Origin: a virus
Lineage: Duplodnaviria > Caudoviricetes
Length of the DNA stretch: 61,818 bases
Virus record (IMG/VR): IMGVR_UViG_3300032516_000022
Span: 1 to 61,818 of that record
Direction: 5' to 3' (one strand)
Shown here: in pieces, positions 1 through 8,012 of the stretch
Layout of the letters: each line of letters begins with the position of its first letter
Position numbering within the stretch: position 1 is the first letter of the stretch
The notes under the pieces: generated by a model
What the model saw: the letters and a program-made list of their open reading frames with translations, nothing else
Databases searched by the model: none
What the model was told of the DNA's origin: nothing
Made by a program: the position numbers and the translations under genes

Positions 1-175
1 TACAGCTTGTCACCCTCGGCCCTCAGCTTGTCACCCTCGGCCCTCAGCTTGCTGCCCTCGGCCCACAGCTTGCTGCCCTCGGCATACAGCTTGTCACCCT
101 CGGCATACAGCTTGTCACCCTCGGCCCTCAGCTTGCTGCCCTCGGCATACAGCTTGTTGCCCTCGGCATACAGCT
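1..175. repeat. 21-bp imperfect tandem repeat (left end)
   Basis: About 8 contiguous units of the form CAGCTTG(T/C)(C/T)(A/G)CCCTCGGC(A/C)(T/C)(A/T). Positions 24-141 match 61701-61818. Confidence 0.95.
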
Positions 176-215
176 GCAATCTGATATTCCATACGAATGT
201 AATGTCTATTTTCAC
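1..215 (-). CDS. Heptad-repeat protein, 5' part (continues at 61818-61605)
   Basis: GTG at 215 overlaps the stop of the sigma-like gene. It reads MKIDITFVWNIRLQLYAEGNKLYAEGSKLRAEGDKL... and is open to the window edge. Confidence 0.75.
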   Translation of the reverse strand, partial: MKIDITFVWNIRLQLYAEGNKLYAEGSKLRAEGDKLYAEGDKLYAEGSKLWAEGSKLRAEGDKLRAEGDKL

Positions 216-685
216 TTTAATGCCTCCTTGATTTCAGCAAACACTTCCCAGACCCGTGCGTGCGTCAGGTCCATTCTCTTGAGCATGTACTTGCGCAGAT
301 GTCCTCGTGCCTTTCGAGGAGTCCGACATGTCCGCGGCAGATTTCCTGTTAGCACTAGGTCCACCACCCAACGGGCTTCGTTGGATAACGCATCCAGCGT
401 GCTCTTGAAGATGGACGCCTTGTCCGGCTGCCACTCAGGATGCTTGCTGGGTAGTAGATTCGGGTCAAACCATTCAGCCGGAGACAGGTCTTGCTTTCGA
501 CCGAAGTTGAACATCGCTTGCTGGGCACATCGCCATACCCAGCTTGTGAGGTTCATTCCTTTCTCGGGGTCGTAGCACTGGATGGCTTTCATAGCTGCCA
601 GATGCCCGACTCCGGCCATTTCTTCCTGTGGAACCCCCGTCCGTCTGCTGGCATTCCACGCCTGTTGCTGTATCAGTTTGTTCAT
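212..685 (-). CDS. Phage sigma70-family (region 2-like) transcription factor
   Basis: EEMAGVGHLAAMKAIQCYDPEKGMNLTSWVWRCAQQAM resembles sigma region 2 (G.lgL.kA...yDp.kG..f.tya). ATG 685 overlaps the upstream stop. Confidence 0.7.
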   Translation of the reverse strand: MNKLIQQQAWNASRRTGVPQEEMAGVGHLAAMKAIQCYDPEKGMNLTSWVWRCAQQAMFNFGRKQDLSPAEWFDPNLLPSKHPEWQPDKASIFKSTLDALSNEARWVVDLVLTGNLPRTCRTPRKARGHLRKYMLKRMDLTHARVWEVFAEIKEALK

Positions 686-810
686 GGCTTCCTTTTCATC
701 AGTCCGAGGTCTTGGGCTGTTTGCAATGCTGCGTCCCATCCTCTGGTGAATGCTTCGCGGTCGTCAATATCATATTCGGTTTTGCGGTACTCCCTAAACT
801 TGATACCCAT
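682..810 (-). CDS. Small hypothetical protein (MGIKFREY...)
   Basis: Start and stop are coupled to both neighbouring genes. Confidence 0.5.
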   Translation of the reverse strand: MGIKFREYRKTEYDIDDREAFTRGWDAALQTAQDLGLMKRKP

Positions 811-1034
811 CAGCAGCCATGTTGCTTTCGTATCCTTGCATCCTCTTCCACGACCCACTCCTTGAAGAGGACTGTCAGCAGGTTTTCTCTTCGGATCATG
901 GCATGGATTGCCATCGCTACCGGAACGCCCGTCATCTTGCACATTCCCACGAAGTGGTTGCGCAGCGCCCGGTCTACCCCGTTGATTGTCCAAGTTGATC
1001 TTACCTTGACCGGCGGAACATTTTTCGTTTGCAT
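810..1034 (-). CDS. Small putative ribbon-helix-helix DNA-binding protein
   Basis: WTINGVDRALRNHFVGMCKMTGVPVAMAIHAMI fits a beta-helix-G-helix pattern. Confidence 0.45.
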   Translation of the reverse strand: MQTKNVPPVKVRSTWTINGVDRALRNHFVGMCKMTGVPVAMAIHAMIRRENLLTVLFKEWVVEEDARIRKQHGC

Positions 1035-1447
1035 GGTTTCTTATCCTTTTCATGTTTGCCTTCCTTTTTGTTGTGTACCTTTCGCAATGCGTTCTTGAGG
1101 AGACGTTCTTTTGACTCCTCCCGTTTTTGTTTTGATCCCATCACCTTTCGTTTGCTGATACGTTGTTTGAATTTGTGTAGAGCCTCAGTTTTTAATTGGG
1201 CCACAACTTCATAACCCAGAACCCACAGTTCTTTGGGGTCGTACCGTTCTTCCAGTACCTGTCCTTTCGTCTTGTCCCATATCAGGAGACGCCGTCCGTC
1301 CGTGGCTGGGATGTGGTCGTCGAGGATGTACCCTTTTCGATTGCTTCCCGGCTTCCTGATCACATGGCCGATCAGGTAGCTTGGCATTTTAATCTTTGGT
1401 TCATTCCGAAAGATTGTCCTGCGTGAGCGTTTGAACTTTGTTCTCAT
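1001..1447 (-). CDS. Basic hypothetical protein
   Basis: 148-aa ORF with GGAGG RBS, in the early operon. Confidence 0.6.
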   Translation of the reverse strand: MRTKFKRSRRTIFRNEPKIKMPSYLIGHVIRKPGSNRKGYILDDHIPATDGRRLLIWDKTKGQVLEERYDPKELWVLGYEVVAQLKTEALHKFKQRISKRKVMGSKQKREESKERLLKNALRKVHNKKEGKHEKDKKPCKRKMFRRSR

Positions 1448-1459
1448 GTACCTCCTATA

Positions 1460-1717
1460 TCAGATTGCTCTGTTTGGATCTTTCGGACATTTGTGTTCTA
1501 CAGGCATACCCACGCGGTCTCCGTTTGGAAACACGTGTACTGTGCAACCACAACGGGTGCAGGCATTGACGCGGACTCTTCCTATAGTCCCACCCACTTC
1601 TTCAACCCATGCTTTCCTCCATGGGCCTAATCGGTGACCAAACCTCTTTGCTGTTTCTTTTGCCCATCGCTTGTGGTGTACGACGTCTGCTTTCTTCAGT
1701 CGGATTGGGAATGTCAT
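1460..1717 (-). CDS. Hypothetical protein (GH..G.W / CxxC zinc-ribbon-like)
   Basis: ORF in the operon with a CTRCG motif. Confidence 0.55.
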   Translation of the reverse strand: MTFPIRLKKADVVHHKRWAKETAKRFGHRLGPWRKAWVEEVGGTIGRVRVNACTRCGCTVHVFPNGDRVGMPVEHKCPKDPNRAI

Positions 1718-1729
1718 TGTGTGGCAACC

Positions 1730-1978
1730 TCATCTGAGCGATGAAGGAAGCAACTTTCTGGCGTGTTTTAGGCTGTATTTTCTCAACCCCTTTGGCGCGG
1801 GCAGTTTGTTTACAAGCTGAATAAAGTCGCCCAGTCGATACTGAGCAAAGTCGGCACAAGTAAATGAACGATAGTGTTTGTAGAAGGTACCGTTTTTCAA
1901 CTGATCGTCGTTGACTGCGTAGTATGTTTTCATTACTTGAGTAACCTTTCCAGTCTTTTCATTTCTTCTGCAAAGCAC
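1730..1978 (-). CDS. Hypothetical protein
   Basis: ORF in the operon; start uncertain. Confidence 0.4.
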   Translation of the reverse strand: MLCRRNEKTGKVTQVMKTYYAVNDDQLKNGTFYKHYRSFTCADFAQYRLGDFIQLVNKLPAPKGLRKYSLKHARKLLPSSLR

Positions 1979-2081
1979 TCGGGACAGTACCCATGGGAGA
2001 TTGGCTCGTCTCTAGCCAACCCCTTACCCCACGTCTTTCCCTTGTCCGTGCTTTGCTTTTTGCAGATTGAACATTCCGTAA

Positions 2082-2510
2082 TCATGGTTTTCCTTCTTCG
2101 AGTTTAAGTAGCCGAATGACCAGTTGAAGTCCGGTGACCTTGCCGTCCCAGTAGTGGAGTTTTTCGTTTGGCTGATCCAGTTTTCTTCGAAAACTGGGAT
2201 CTTTTGAGATGTTTTCGTACATGCGTTTGGCGTCCGCGAGTTCTGCGAAGACTTCGTTTATCCGTCGTTGTGATATTGTTTGTTGTGGTATCATAGACCC
2301 ATATCCCTTCGTGCTGCTGCAGCGGATGTTCCAGTGAATGACCAGTTGAAGTCCGGTGACCTTGCCGTCCCAGTAGTGGAGTTTTTCGTTTGGCTGATCC
2401 AGTTTTCTTCGAGGATCTTTTGAGATGTTTTCGTACATGCGCTTGGCGTCCGCAAGTTCTGCGAAGACTTCGTTTATCCGTCGTTGTGATATTGTTTGTT
2501 GTGGTATCAT
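2082..2510 (-). CDS. Hypothetical protein with two tandem copies of a ~60-aa unit
   Basis: MIPQQTISQRRINEVF...GLQLVI occurs twice in frame. Confidence 0.65.
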   Translation of the reverse strand: MIPQQTISQRRINEVFAELADAKRMYENISKDPRRKLDQPNEKLHYWDGKVTGLQLVIHWNIRCSSTKGYGSMIPQQTISQRRINEVFAELADAKRMYENISKDPSFRRKLDQPNEKLHYWDGKVTGLQLVIRLLKLEEGKP

Positions 2511-2548
2511 AGACCCATATCCCTTCGTGCTGCTGCAGCGGATGTTCC
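2114..2548. repeat. Near-identical tandem duplication (2114-2332 / 2336-2548)
   Basis: Direct comparison shows a 6-bp indel (AAACTG) and a few substitutions. Confidence 0.95.
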
Positions 2549-2704
2549 GCAGAGTTCGCGGAGCATTTCGTTCTGCTGTCGCCGTCGGCTATTGCGAATC
2601 TTCCTCGCCATGTCCCTGCACATGTCAGCCGATGCATAGTGTCCTATGACTTGCAATTTGTCTGCCTTACCGATCCAATAGCTTGCGCTTTTCATTGTTG
2701 TCAC
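2507..2704 (-). CDS. Hypothetical protein
   Basis: 65-aa ORF coupled to the next gene by ATGA. Confidence 0.5.
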   Translation of the reverse strand: MTTMKSASYWIGKADKLQVIGHYASADMCRDMARKIRNSRRRQQNEMLRELCGTSAAAARRDMGL

Positions 2705-2707
2705 CTT

Positions 2708-2896
2708 TCATTTCCCTTTTCCCTTGCGAAGTTCATCATTGCAGGAGACACAAACAGAAGCCTTTTCGTGGTGCATTGCATAGCGGCCACATTTTTCACA
2801 AATGTGATAGTCAGAGTTCAGACGCACGCAGTTGCTGCAGACATTATCAATGATATTACTTCCGCAGCGATTGCAAGTTTCTTCATTCGCCTTCAT
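2708..2896 (-). CDS. Small zinc-finger protein (first gene of the early operon)
   Basis: Four CxxC pairs; AAGGA RBS upstream of ATG 2896. Confidence 0.6.
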   Translation of the reverse strand: MKANEETCNRCGSNIIDNVCSNCVRLNSDYHICEKCGRYAMHHEKASVCVSCNDELRKGKGK

Positions 2897-2934
2897 AATA
2901 ACATTCTTTCCTTTTACTTCCCCCTCTGTCGTTC

Positions 2935-3395
2935 GCGGGCTTGGGACCGTCGCGAGCACCATGCTCGTGGCCACATTGGGATCTGCTCTCAATCGTGCAT
3001 CGGGGTCAGGGGCCGGATTTCACTTCCTTGGGTCGATTGTCATGCCTCAGAGGAGCGGCATTCCCGGGCGTTGGGTTCGGTGTGAACTTAATTGCAGCAG
3101 GATCTCCATGCGAGAGGACTTACTCGATCGACTTCGCCAGTTGCCATGCGTCTTCGGATTATCGTAACCACGTGGGTTCCTACCGACGACTTACTCTGCT
3201 GGCTCGGAGCTTGAGGGCACTACCCTCCCGACCGATTGATTGCAGGCTCGGCTGGCGCCAGCGGGTTGTCCCGTCCTTTCAGGCGACCAGCATCAGTGGA
3301 AGTGAGCGCTACTGTGGATTCAATTCCAGCCCCGTGAGGGATACTGGGAGGGGCCGTCGCCCCGTTGCCGAGCTTTGGGTCCTTGGTTCGCCCGC
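2935..3395 (-). ncRNA. Candidate large structured RNA / leader
   Basis: No credible ORF. A closing helix joins the two ends (GCGGGC/GCCCGC plus GGACC/GGUCC), with many internal hairpins and long-range complementary pairs. Confidence 0.55.
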
Positions 3396-3440
3396 CGCCC
3401 GCTCGCTCTCTTGCCTTCCTTTTCTAACTTTCATGACTAC

Positions 3441-3490
3441 AGAATACAGCAACCATGAGTTAAAGTAAATTAAAAAATTAAAAAATCTTT
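3441..3490 (-). promoter_or_regulatory. Sigma70-type early promoter with UP-like AT tract
   Basis: TTTACT (3469-3464), 17 bp, TATTCT (3446-3441), preceded by T-tracts. Predicted start ~3434. Confidence 0.65.
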
Positions 3491-3530
3491 TAGCTTCTGG
3501 AATCTATTGATTTTTAAGCATTTCTAGGGA

Positions 3531-3560
3531 TATGTGTCTGTAATGATTGGCAGATACATA
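3531..3560. promoter_or_regulatory. Inverted repeat between the divergent arms (operator-like)
   Basis: TATGTGTCTG-N10-CAGATACATA, 9/10 complementary. Confidence 0.35.
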
Positions 3561-3585
3561 GGGTTGCTGTACAAAAGCATATCAT

Positions 3586-4275
3586 TTGATAGCTTTCTTC
3601 CTAGTGAGAACGAAGTCCCGCAGTTCAACGGATCCTACTGGTTGTAGCAAGCATGCCTGGTCCCCTAAGCATAGTCGTGTGGCATACGTTGCCATATCCG
3701 AAGGCGGACTTACAGTTGGCGGTCTTGCCAAGCTTTTCGACGTCTCCGAAGTGATGATCAACAAGTGGATGCGGAAGCACCCCCGATTCAAGCGTGCCGT
3801 GATTGAAGGTCGCTATGCTTACGACACCCGCAAGGTCGTTACCTCTCTCTTGAAGAAGGCCCTCGGCTATGACTACGTGGAAGTCTCCAAGGAAGATATC
3901 ACGATCAAGCATGGCAAGGGTGAAGACAAGATCAAGCTGCCCGCAACCAAAATCAGAACTACCACGAAGCACGTTTGTCCCTCAGACACCGCCATTATCT
4001 TCTGGCTGACCAACCGTCAGCCGCAGGAGTGGCAGCATATCCAGAAGATGCTGATGAAGGGTCAAGTCAACCACACCGGTGAATTTGAACACAAGCACGA
4101 GCACGAGTTCGACCTCAAACAAGTCCCTAAGGAGGAACTTGAACACATACGAGACATACTCACCAAGCATGTCCAAGCGCAGGGATCTTCCATCCCTTCG
4201 CGAAGTGGAGGACGCTTTGGCTTACCAGAGCCTTGGCCACTTCACTCGACAGGCTTGGCTCCAAATCGAAACTAG
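3586..4275 (+). CDS. terS: Terminase small subunit
   Basis: HTH (LAKLFDVSEVMINKW) and PSDTAIIFWLTNRQPQEW motif; directly upstream of TerL. Start uncertain. Confidence 0.75.
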   Translation: MIAFFLVRTKSRSSTDPTGCSKHAWSPKHSRVAYVAISEGGLTVGGLAKLFDVSEVMINKWMRKHPRFKRAVIEGRYAYDTRKVVTSLLKKALGYDYVEVSKEDITIKHGKGEDKIKLPATKIRTTTKHVCPSDTAIIFWLTNRQPQEWQHIQKMLMKGQVNHTGEFEHKHEHEFDLKQVPKEELEHIRDILTKHVQAQGSSIPSRSGGRFGLPEPWPLHSTGLAPNRN

Positions 4276-5689
4276 ATCGTATGTCCACGGCTGGCATTTG
4301 GATGCGATCTGCGAACACCTGGAAGCAGTCAGCTCCGGGCAAATTCGCAAGCTGATGATCAATATGCCTCCTCGCCACATGAAGAGTCTTGGTGTCTGTG
4401 TCTTTTGGCCCGCTTGGGACTGGCTTCGCAATCCCCGGGATCAATTCCTCTATGCTTCCTATGCCGAGACTCTTTCCATTCGTGATAGTGTCAAGTGCCG
4501 TCGTCTAATCCAATCCCCTTACTACACCTCCCTGCTGATGGCCTTTCAACCGGATCTGGTCCTAGTCGGGGATCAGAACACCAAGATCCGATTTGAAAAC
4601 AACTTCGGAGGCTACCGCATTGCCACATCAGTAGACGGCTCCAACACAGGAGAAGGCGGAGACAAAATCATAGTGGATGATGCCCATAATCTCAGAGATG
4701 TAGAATCACCTGTCAAGCGTATATCAGTAATCGATTGGTGGTGGCAGGTGATGAGTACTCGGCTCAACGATCCCAAGACTGGCTCCGTTGTCATTATCAT
4801 GCAACGTTCCCACGAAGCTGACCTCTGTGGAGAGATACTGGAAAAGGAAGATGATTGGAATCGCCTCATCCTACCTGCCGAGTACGAGGGATCAAACAAG
4901 TGTTGCACAGTATTAGGCTTCAAAGATCCAAGAAATCAAATCAATGAACCTCTATGGAAGGATAGGTTTGGGTCTAAAGAATTAGGTGAGCTGAAACGCA
5001 AGCTAGGTACCTATGGAGCCGCTGGTCAACTACAGCAAAGACCCTCCCCTCGAGAAGGGGGTATGTTCAAGATCACTGCCATGAAGATGGTTCATAACTT
5101 TGACCGGCACCACATCCTCAATTCCGTACGCTATTGGGACAAGGCGGCTACCGAAGGAACCGGATGTAATACCGCCGGAGTCCTCATGCACCAGATGAAG
5201 CCGGAGACCTATCCCTTTGAGTACCTGGTGGAAGATGTGGTAACCGGACAATGGTCTACAGCTCAGCGGGAAGCTGTTATGAAGCAGACGGCTGAATTGG
5301 ACAGAGGCAGAACCAATTCCATAGTCGGGGGTAAGGTGGTCAAGATATGGCTGGAGCAGGAGCCGGGATCTGGAGGCAAGGATAGTTCCTGGGCCAGCGT
5401 CAAGAACCTCAAAGGCTTTGCCGTATCCATAGACCGGGCTTCCAAGGACAAGGTGGTAAGGGCCGAGCCGTTCAGTGCTCAAGTTGAAATAGGTAACGTA
5501 GGAGTCATGGTTAAGGACTGGACGGACGACTACCTCCAGGAGCTGGAACTGTTCCCCGTCGGTAAGGAGAAGGACAGAGTGGACGCTTCCACGGGTGCCT
5601 TCAATCGCCTCAATGCTCCCGGGGGATTGTCTGGGACATGGGGACGTAAGCACGGCATCAAGGTCAGAGTAAGGAGATTGTTGAAATGA
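4169..5689 (+). CDS. terL: Terminase large subunit
   Basis: Walker A INMPPRHMKS, Walker B IIVDDAH, QLQQRP, nuclease motifs YWDKA and DRVDA. Confidence 0.95.
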   Translation: MSKRRDLPSLREVEDALAYQSLGHFTRQAWLQIETRSYVHGWHLDAICEHLEAVSSGQIRKLMINMPPRHMKSLGVCVFWPAWDWLRNPRDQFLYASYAETLSIRDSVKCRRLIQSPYYTSLLMAFQPDLVLVGDQNTKIRFENNFGGYRIATSVDGSNTGEGGDKIIVDDAHNLRDVESPVKRISVIDWWWQVMSTRLNDPKTGSVVIIMQRSHEADLCGEILEKEDDWNRLILPAEYEGSNKCCTVLGFKDPRNQINEPLWKDRFGSKELGELKRKLGTYGAAGQLQQRPSPREGGMFKITAMKMVHNFDRHHILNSVRYWDKAATEGTGCNTAGVLMHQMKPETYPFEYLVEDVVTGQWSTAQREAVMKQTAELDRGRTNSIVGGKVVKIWLEQEPGSGGKDSSWASVKNLKGFAVSIDRASKDKVVRAEPFSAQVEIGNVGVMVKDWTDDYLQELELFPVGKEKDRVDASTGAFNRLNAPGGLSGTWGRKHGIKVRVRRLLK

Positions 5690-6441
5690 GCAGCGGACTG
5701 AAGAGCTTGATTCATGTTCTGGCTAAAGAAGAGGACGCTGGAGGAGCCTGGCGCACCATCAACGGTACTCCGGTCTTTATCAAGGAAGGCCAGTCCGTTG
5801 CCGATGCTATTGAAAAGCGATTTGATGAATCCCCTAAGAAGGAGTCCAGCAGTCCCAAGGCACCTTCAGTTGATAAAGGGGGTAAGGTGGTCCGATTCAA
5901 GAGTGGGGCGCAGGCAGATAAACTACTTAAGGACTCAGCTTCCCAGTGGAGCGAAGGGGATGGATACTTTGATAATAAGGTGGTCAAGGACTATGCCGGG
6001 ACCTCTGATAGTTTCCTGATCAACAAGTACCTGCGGACCGGGCAGGGGGACAAGTCCCTTAAGGACAAAGCTAATGCCCTAGCCAAGGTGCTTGACAAGA
6101 CCTCTTTCCCCATGGACGCTGAAGTGGTCCGTTCCATAAATCCCAAGACCCCGGAAGAGCGAGCGGCAATCCTGAAGTCTTTTTCAGTTGGTGATGAATT
6201 CAAGGATCCAGCATTCACCTCCACCACGGCCAATGTCAAGTATGCTGATGAGTGGGCTTCCAAGTTTAAGGCAGACCCAATCAAGGTCACGGTGGAGATT
6301 CCCAAAGGGGCCAAGGCTGCATATCTTCCTAAAGAGACGGTCGGGAAGCAGGAATGGGAAGTTTTAATCCAGAGGGGTTCCACTTATCGGGTGAAGAGCG
6401 TGGAAGGTTCTCACGTGACTTTGGAATTGAGGGCAGCATGA
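5686..6441 (+). CDS. ADP-ribosyltransferase (VIP2/C3-like R-S-E family) with N-terminal tag
   Basis: INKYLR, VVRS (R), FTSTT (S), EWEVLIQRG (ExE). The N-terminus carries WRTINGTPVFIKEGQS. Confidence 0.85.
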   Translation: MSSGLKSLIHVLAKEEDAGGAWRTINGTPVFIKEGQSVADAIEKRFDESPKKESSSPKAPSVDKGGKVVRFKSGAQADKLLKDSASQWSEGDGYFDNKVVKDYAGTSDSFLINKYLRTGQGDKSLKDKANALAKVLDKTSFPMDAEVVRSINPKTPEERAAILKSFSVGDEFKDPAFTSTTANVKYADEWASKFKADPIKVTVEIPKGAKAAYLPKETVGKQEWEVLIQRGSTYRVKSVEGSHVTLELRAA

Positions 6442-6686
6442 AAGAGTCAAATGCAGATCGGTTTACTTGGTCCTACGAAGACCTTCAGGCCATGAAGATC
6501 AAGAAGCCCAAGACCAACAGCAGCGGACCGAAGAGTTTGATTCACGTGCTAGCTAAAGCCAATGAAGCCCCTATCCCCTCCATAAACACTCTAGGATCGT
6601 CTATAAAGGGGTCAAAAGCTATATATAAGGGAAAGCCTTATCCTAAGGGTTTGAAGGGCGTACAATCGCATATAGGAGGTCAGTAG
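6438..6686 (+). CDS. Small protein translationally coupled to the ART
   Basis: ATGA overlap. Starts MKESNADRFTWSYEDL and repeats the SSGxKSLIHVLAK motif. Confidence 0.55.
   Translation: MKESNADRFTWSYEDLQAMKIKKPKTNSSGPKSLIHVLAKANEAPIPSINTLGSSIKGSKAIYKGKPYPKGLKGVQSHIGGQ
6584..6680 (+). repeat. Dispersed ~95-bp element, copy 1
   Basis: CTAGGATCGTCTATA at 6591 and TGAAGGGCGTACA at 6652. Confidence 0.8.
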
Positions 6687-8012
6687 ATGAAACGACCATG
6701 GATCTTGATTCTCATGTTGCTGCCCGGCTGTCTAATGGCCGACATCACTCCCCGGCAGGACTTCACTAGCGACTGCTCCGTCCCCCCGGTCAGCAAGGAC
6801 TTGACTTTCGTACAGGCTTCCAGTCAGGACTTGGGCTGGACGTTCAAGCAAGGCACAGCAGCCAAGGATCTGACCGGAGTCAATTTAGTCCGCTTCTCCT
6901 TTGCCCCTACCAGCAAGGCGTGGGTGTCTGTAGTTACCGGATCTGTGGAGTCCGCTTCCACAGGCAAGGTCAAGGTTAGCTTTACCACGGCTAACCTCAA
7001 CACCAATACGACCAAGACCGGTAAGATGGACTGGCTGCTGGAAGTCTCTGATGGCACCAAGAACCTCGCTTACGCCATTGGCAAGATGACACTCATGGAG
7101 AATCCAGCATCAGGTGTCACCAACAGTTTCATCTTAGTGACCACCGTCGTTGATTGGAGTGGCATTTCATCATACAGTCATACGGCAGACAAGGGTCCGT
7201 ATCGACTAGGCGCAGGAATGACTGGAACGACGAATGTGGATGGCAGTATATCCCTAATATCGTTAGCAGGTGGAGCCACTGGCGAGACGAGTAAAGCCTA
7301 TGTTGATGGACAGGACATAGGCACCAGCAATGGTGTGGTTGCATGGATAGGACTGCAAGGCTATGGTACCGTGTCTGCATCTAGCAATGCTGCCATGGCT
7401 GGCGTGGCGGCATCGTATGTTCCGTTTACTGGCGGGACGCTTGCGGATACGAGCACATCAGAGAGCCGATATTTCGCAGGTTATGGGTCCATCGGTACGG
7501 ACGGCCCAGTGTTGATGTTTGAGAACTGGGATTTAGAGTTGTATCCTGGCTATTTGGATGAGTATGGGAATTATGGTGTGGTTAAGATATATCCATTTGG
7601 ACCAACCCAAACGAATAATCCAATGGTAACAATCGGCTCGCAGTCGACGTATCCTAGTCCGGAGTTTAATGGTCTTTGTATGCGGTCAAAAGAAGTGTTC
7701 GTTTGTGACAAGGACATTTACGAAGGTGGCACGTCGCTGGCGACTAAGTACGCACTGGCCTCAGCGGCAGTCACCAACAACGGCTGCACCATCAACGGAA
7801 GCCCTGTCACCAACGGGGCGGCGATCACTGTCGCCGGAGGCGGCGGCGGTGGCGGCAGCACCTCCAACAGTATCCTGCTCTACGCCGTCGGCGACCACTG
7901 GATCCCAGTCATGCCCAACGAAGCCGCGCCCACCAACGTCCTATATGTCATGTCAATATATGCAGCAACAACCAACACATGGAAAGTGCTGGTACCAGGA
8001 GAATCACTATGA
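6687..8012 (+). CDS. Fibre/adhesin-like protein with N-terminal signal peptide
   Basis: MKRPWILILMLLPGCLMA leader, BppU-like beta-rich N-terminal region, T/N/G-rich body, IYEGGTSLATKY motif. Confidence 0.6.
   Translation: MKRPWILILMLLPGCLMADITPRQDFTSDCSVPPVSKDLTFVQASSQDLGWTFKQGTAAKDLTGVNLVRFSFAPTSKAWVSVVTGSVESASTGKVKVSFTTANLNTNTTKTGKMDWLLEVSDGTKNLAYAIGKMTLMENPASGVTNSFILVTTVVDWSGISSYSHTADKGPYRLGAGMTGTTNVDGSISLISLAGGATGETSKAYVDGQDIGTSNGVVAWIGLQGYGTVSASSNAAMAGVAASYVPFTGGTLADTSTSESRYFAGYGSIGTDGPVLMFENWDLELYPGYLDEYGNYGVVKIYPFGPTQTNNPMVTIGSQSTYPSPEFNGLCMRSKEVFVCDKDIYEGGTSLATKYALASAAVTNNGCTINGSPVTNGAAITVAGGGGGGGSTSNSILLYAVGDHWIPVMPNEAAPTNVLYVMSIYAATTNTWKVLVPGESL

Noticed and set aside
1-175. Terminal 21-bp repeats as a CRISPR array or true terminal repeats
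   Set aside because: The units are contiguous with no unique spacers and encode an in-frame heptad protein; the end match is best explained as an assembly break in a coding repeat.
7-231. Plus-strand Ser/Leu/Pro repeat ORF
   Set aside because: Antisense shadow of the minus-strand heptad gene.
2935-3395. Assignment of the structured region to tRNA, tmRNA, RNase P or a group I/II intron
   Set aside because: I found no cloverleaf/T-loop with CCA end, no GAGGAAAGUCC and no intron core or domain V motifs by eye.
2832-3468. Plus-strand ORFs (111 and 175 aa) and a 41-codon minus ORF starting at 3434
   Set aside because: The plus ORFs oppose the local transcription direction, lack an RBS and have no protein-like composition. 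The short leaderless ORF cannot be excluded but has no support.
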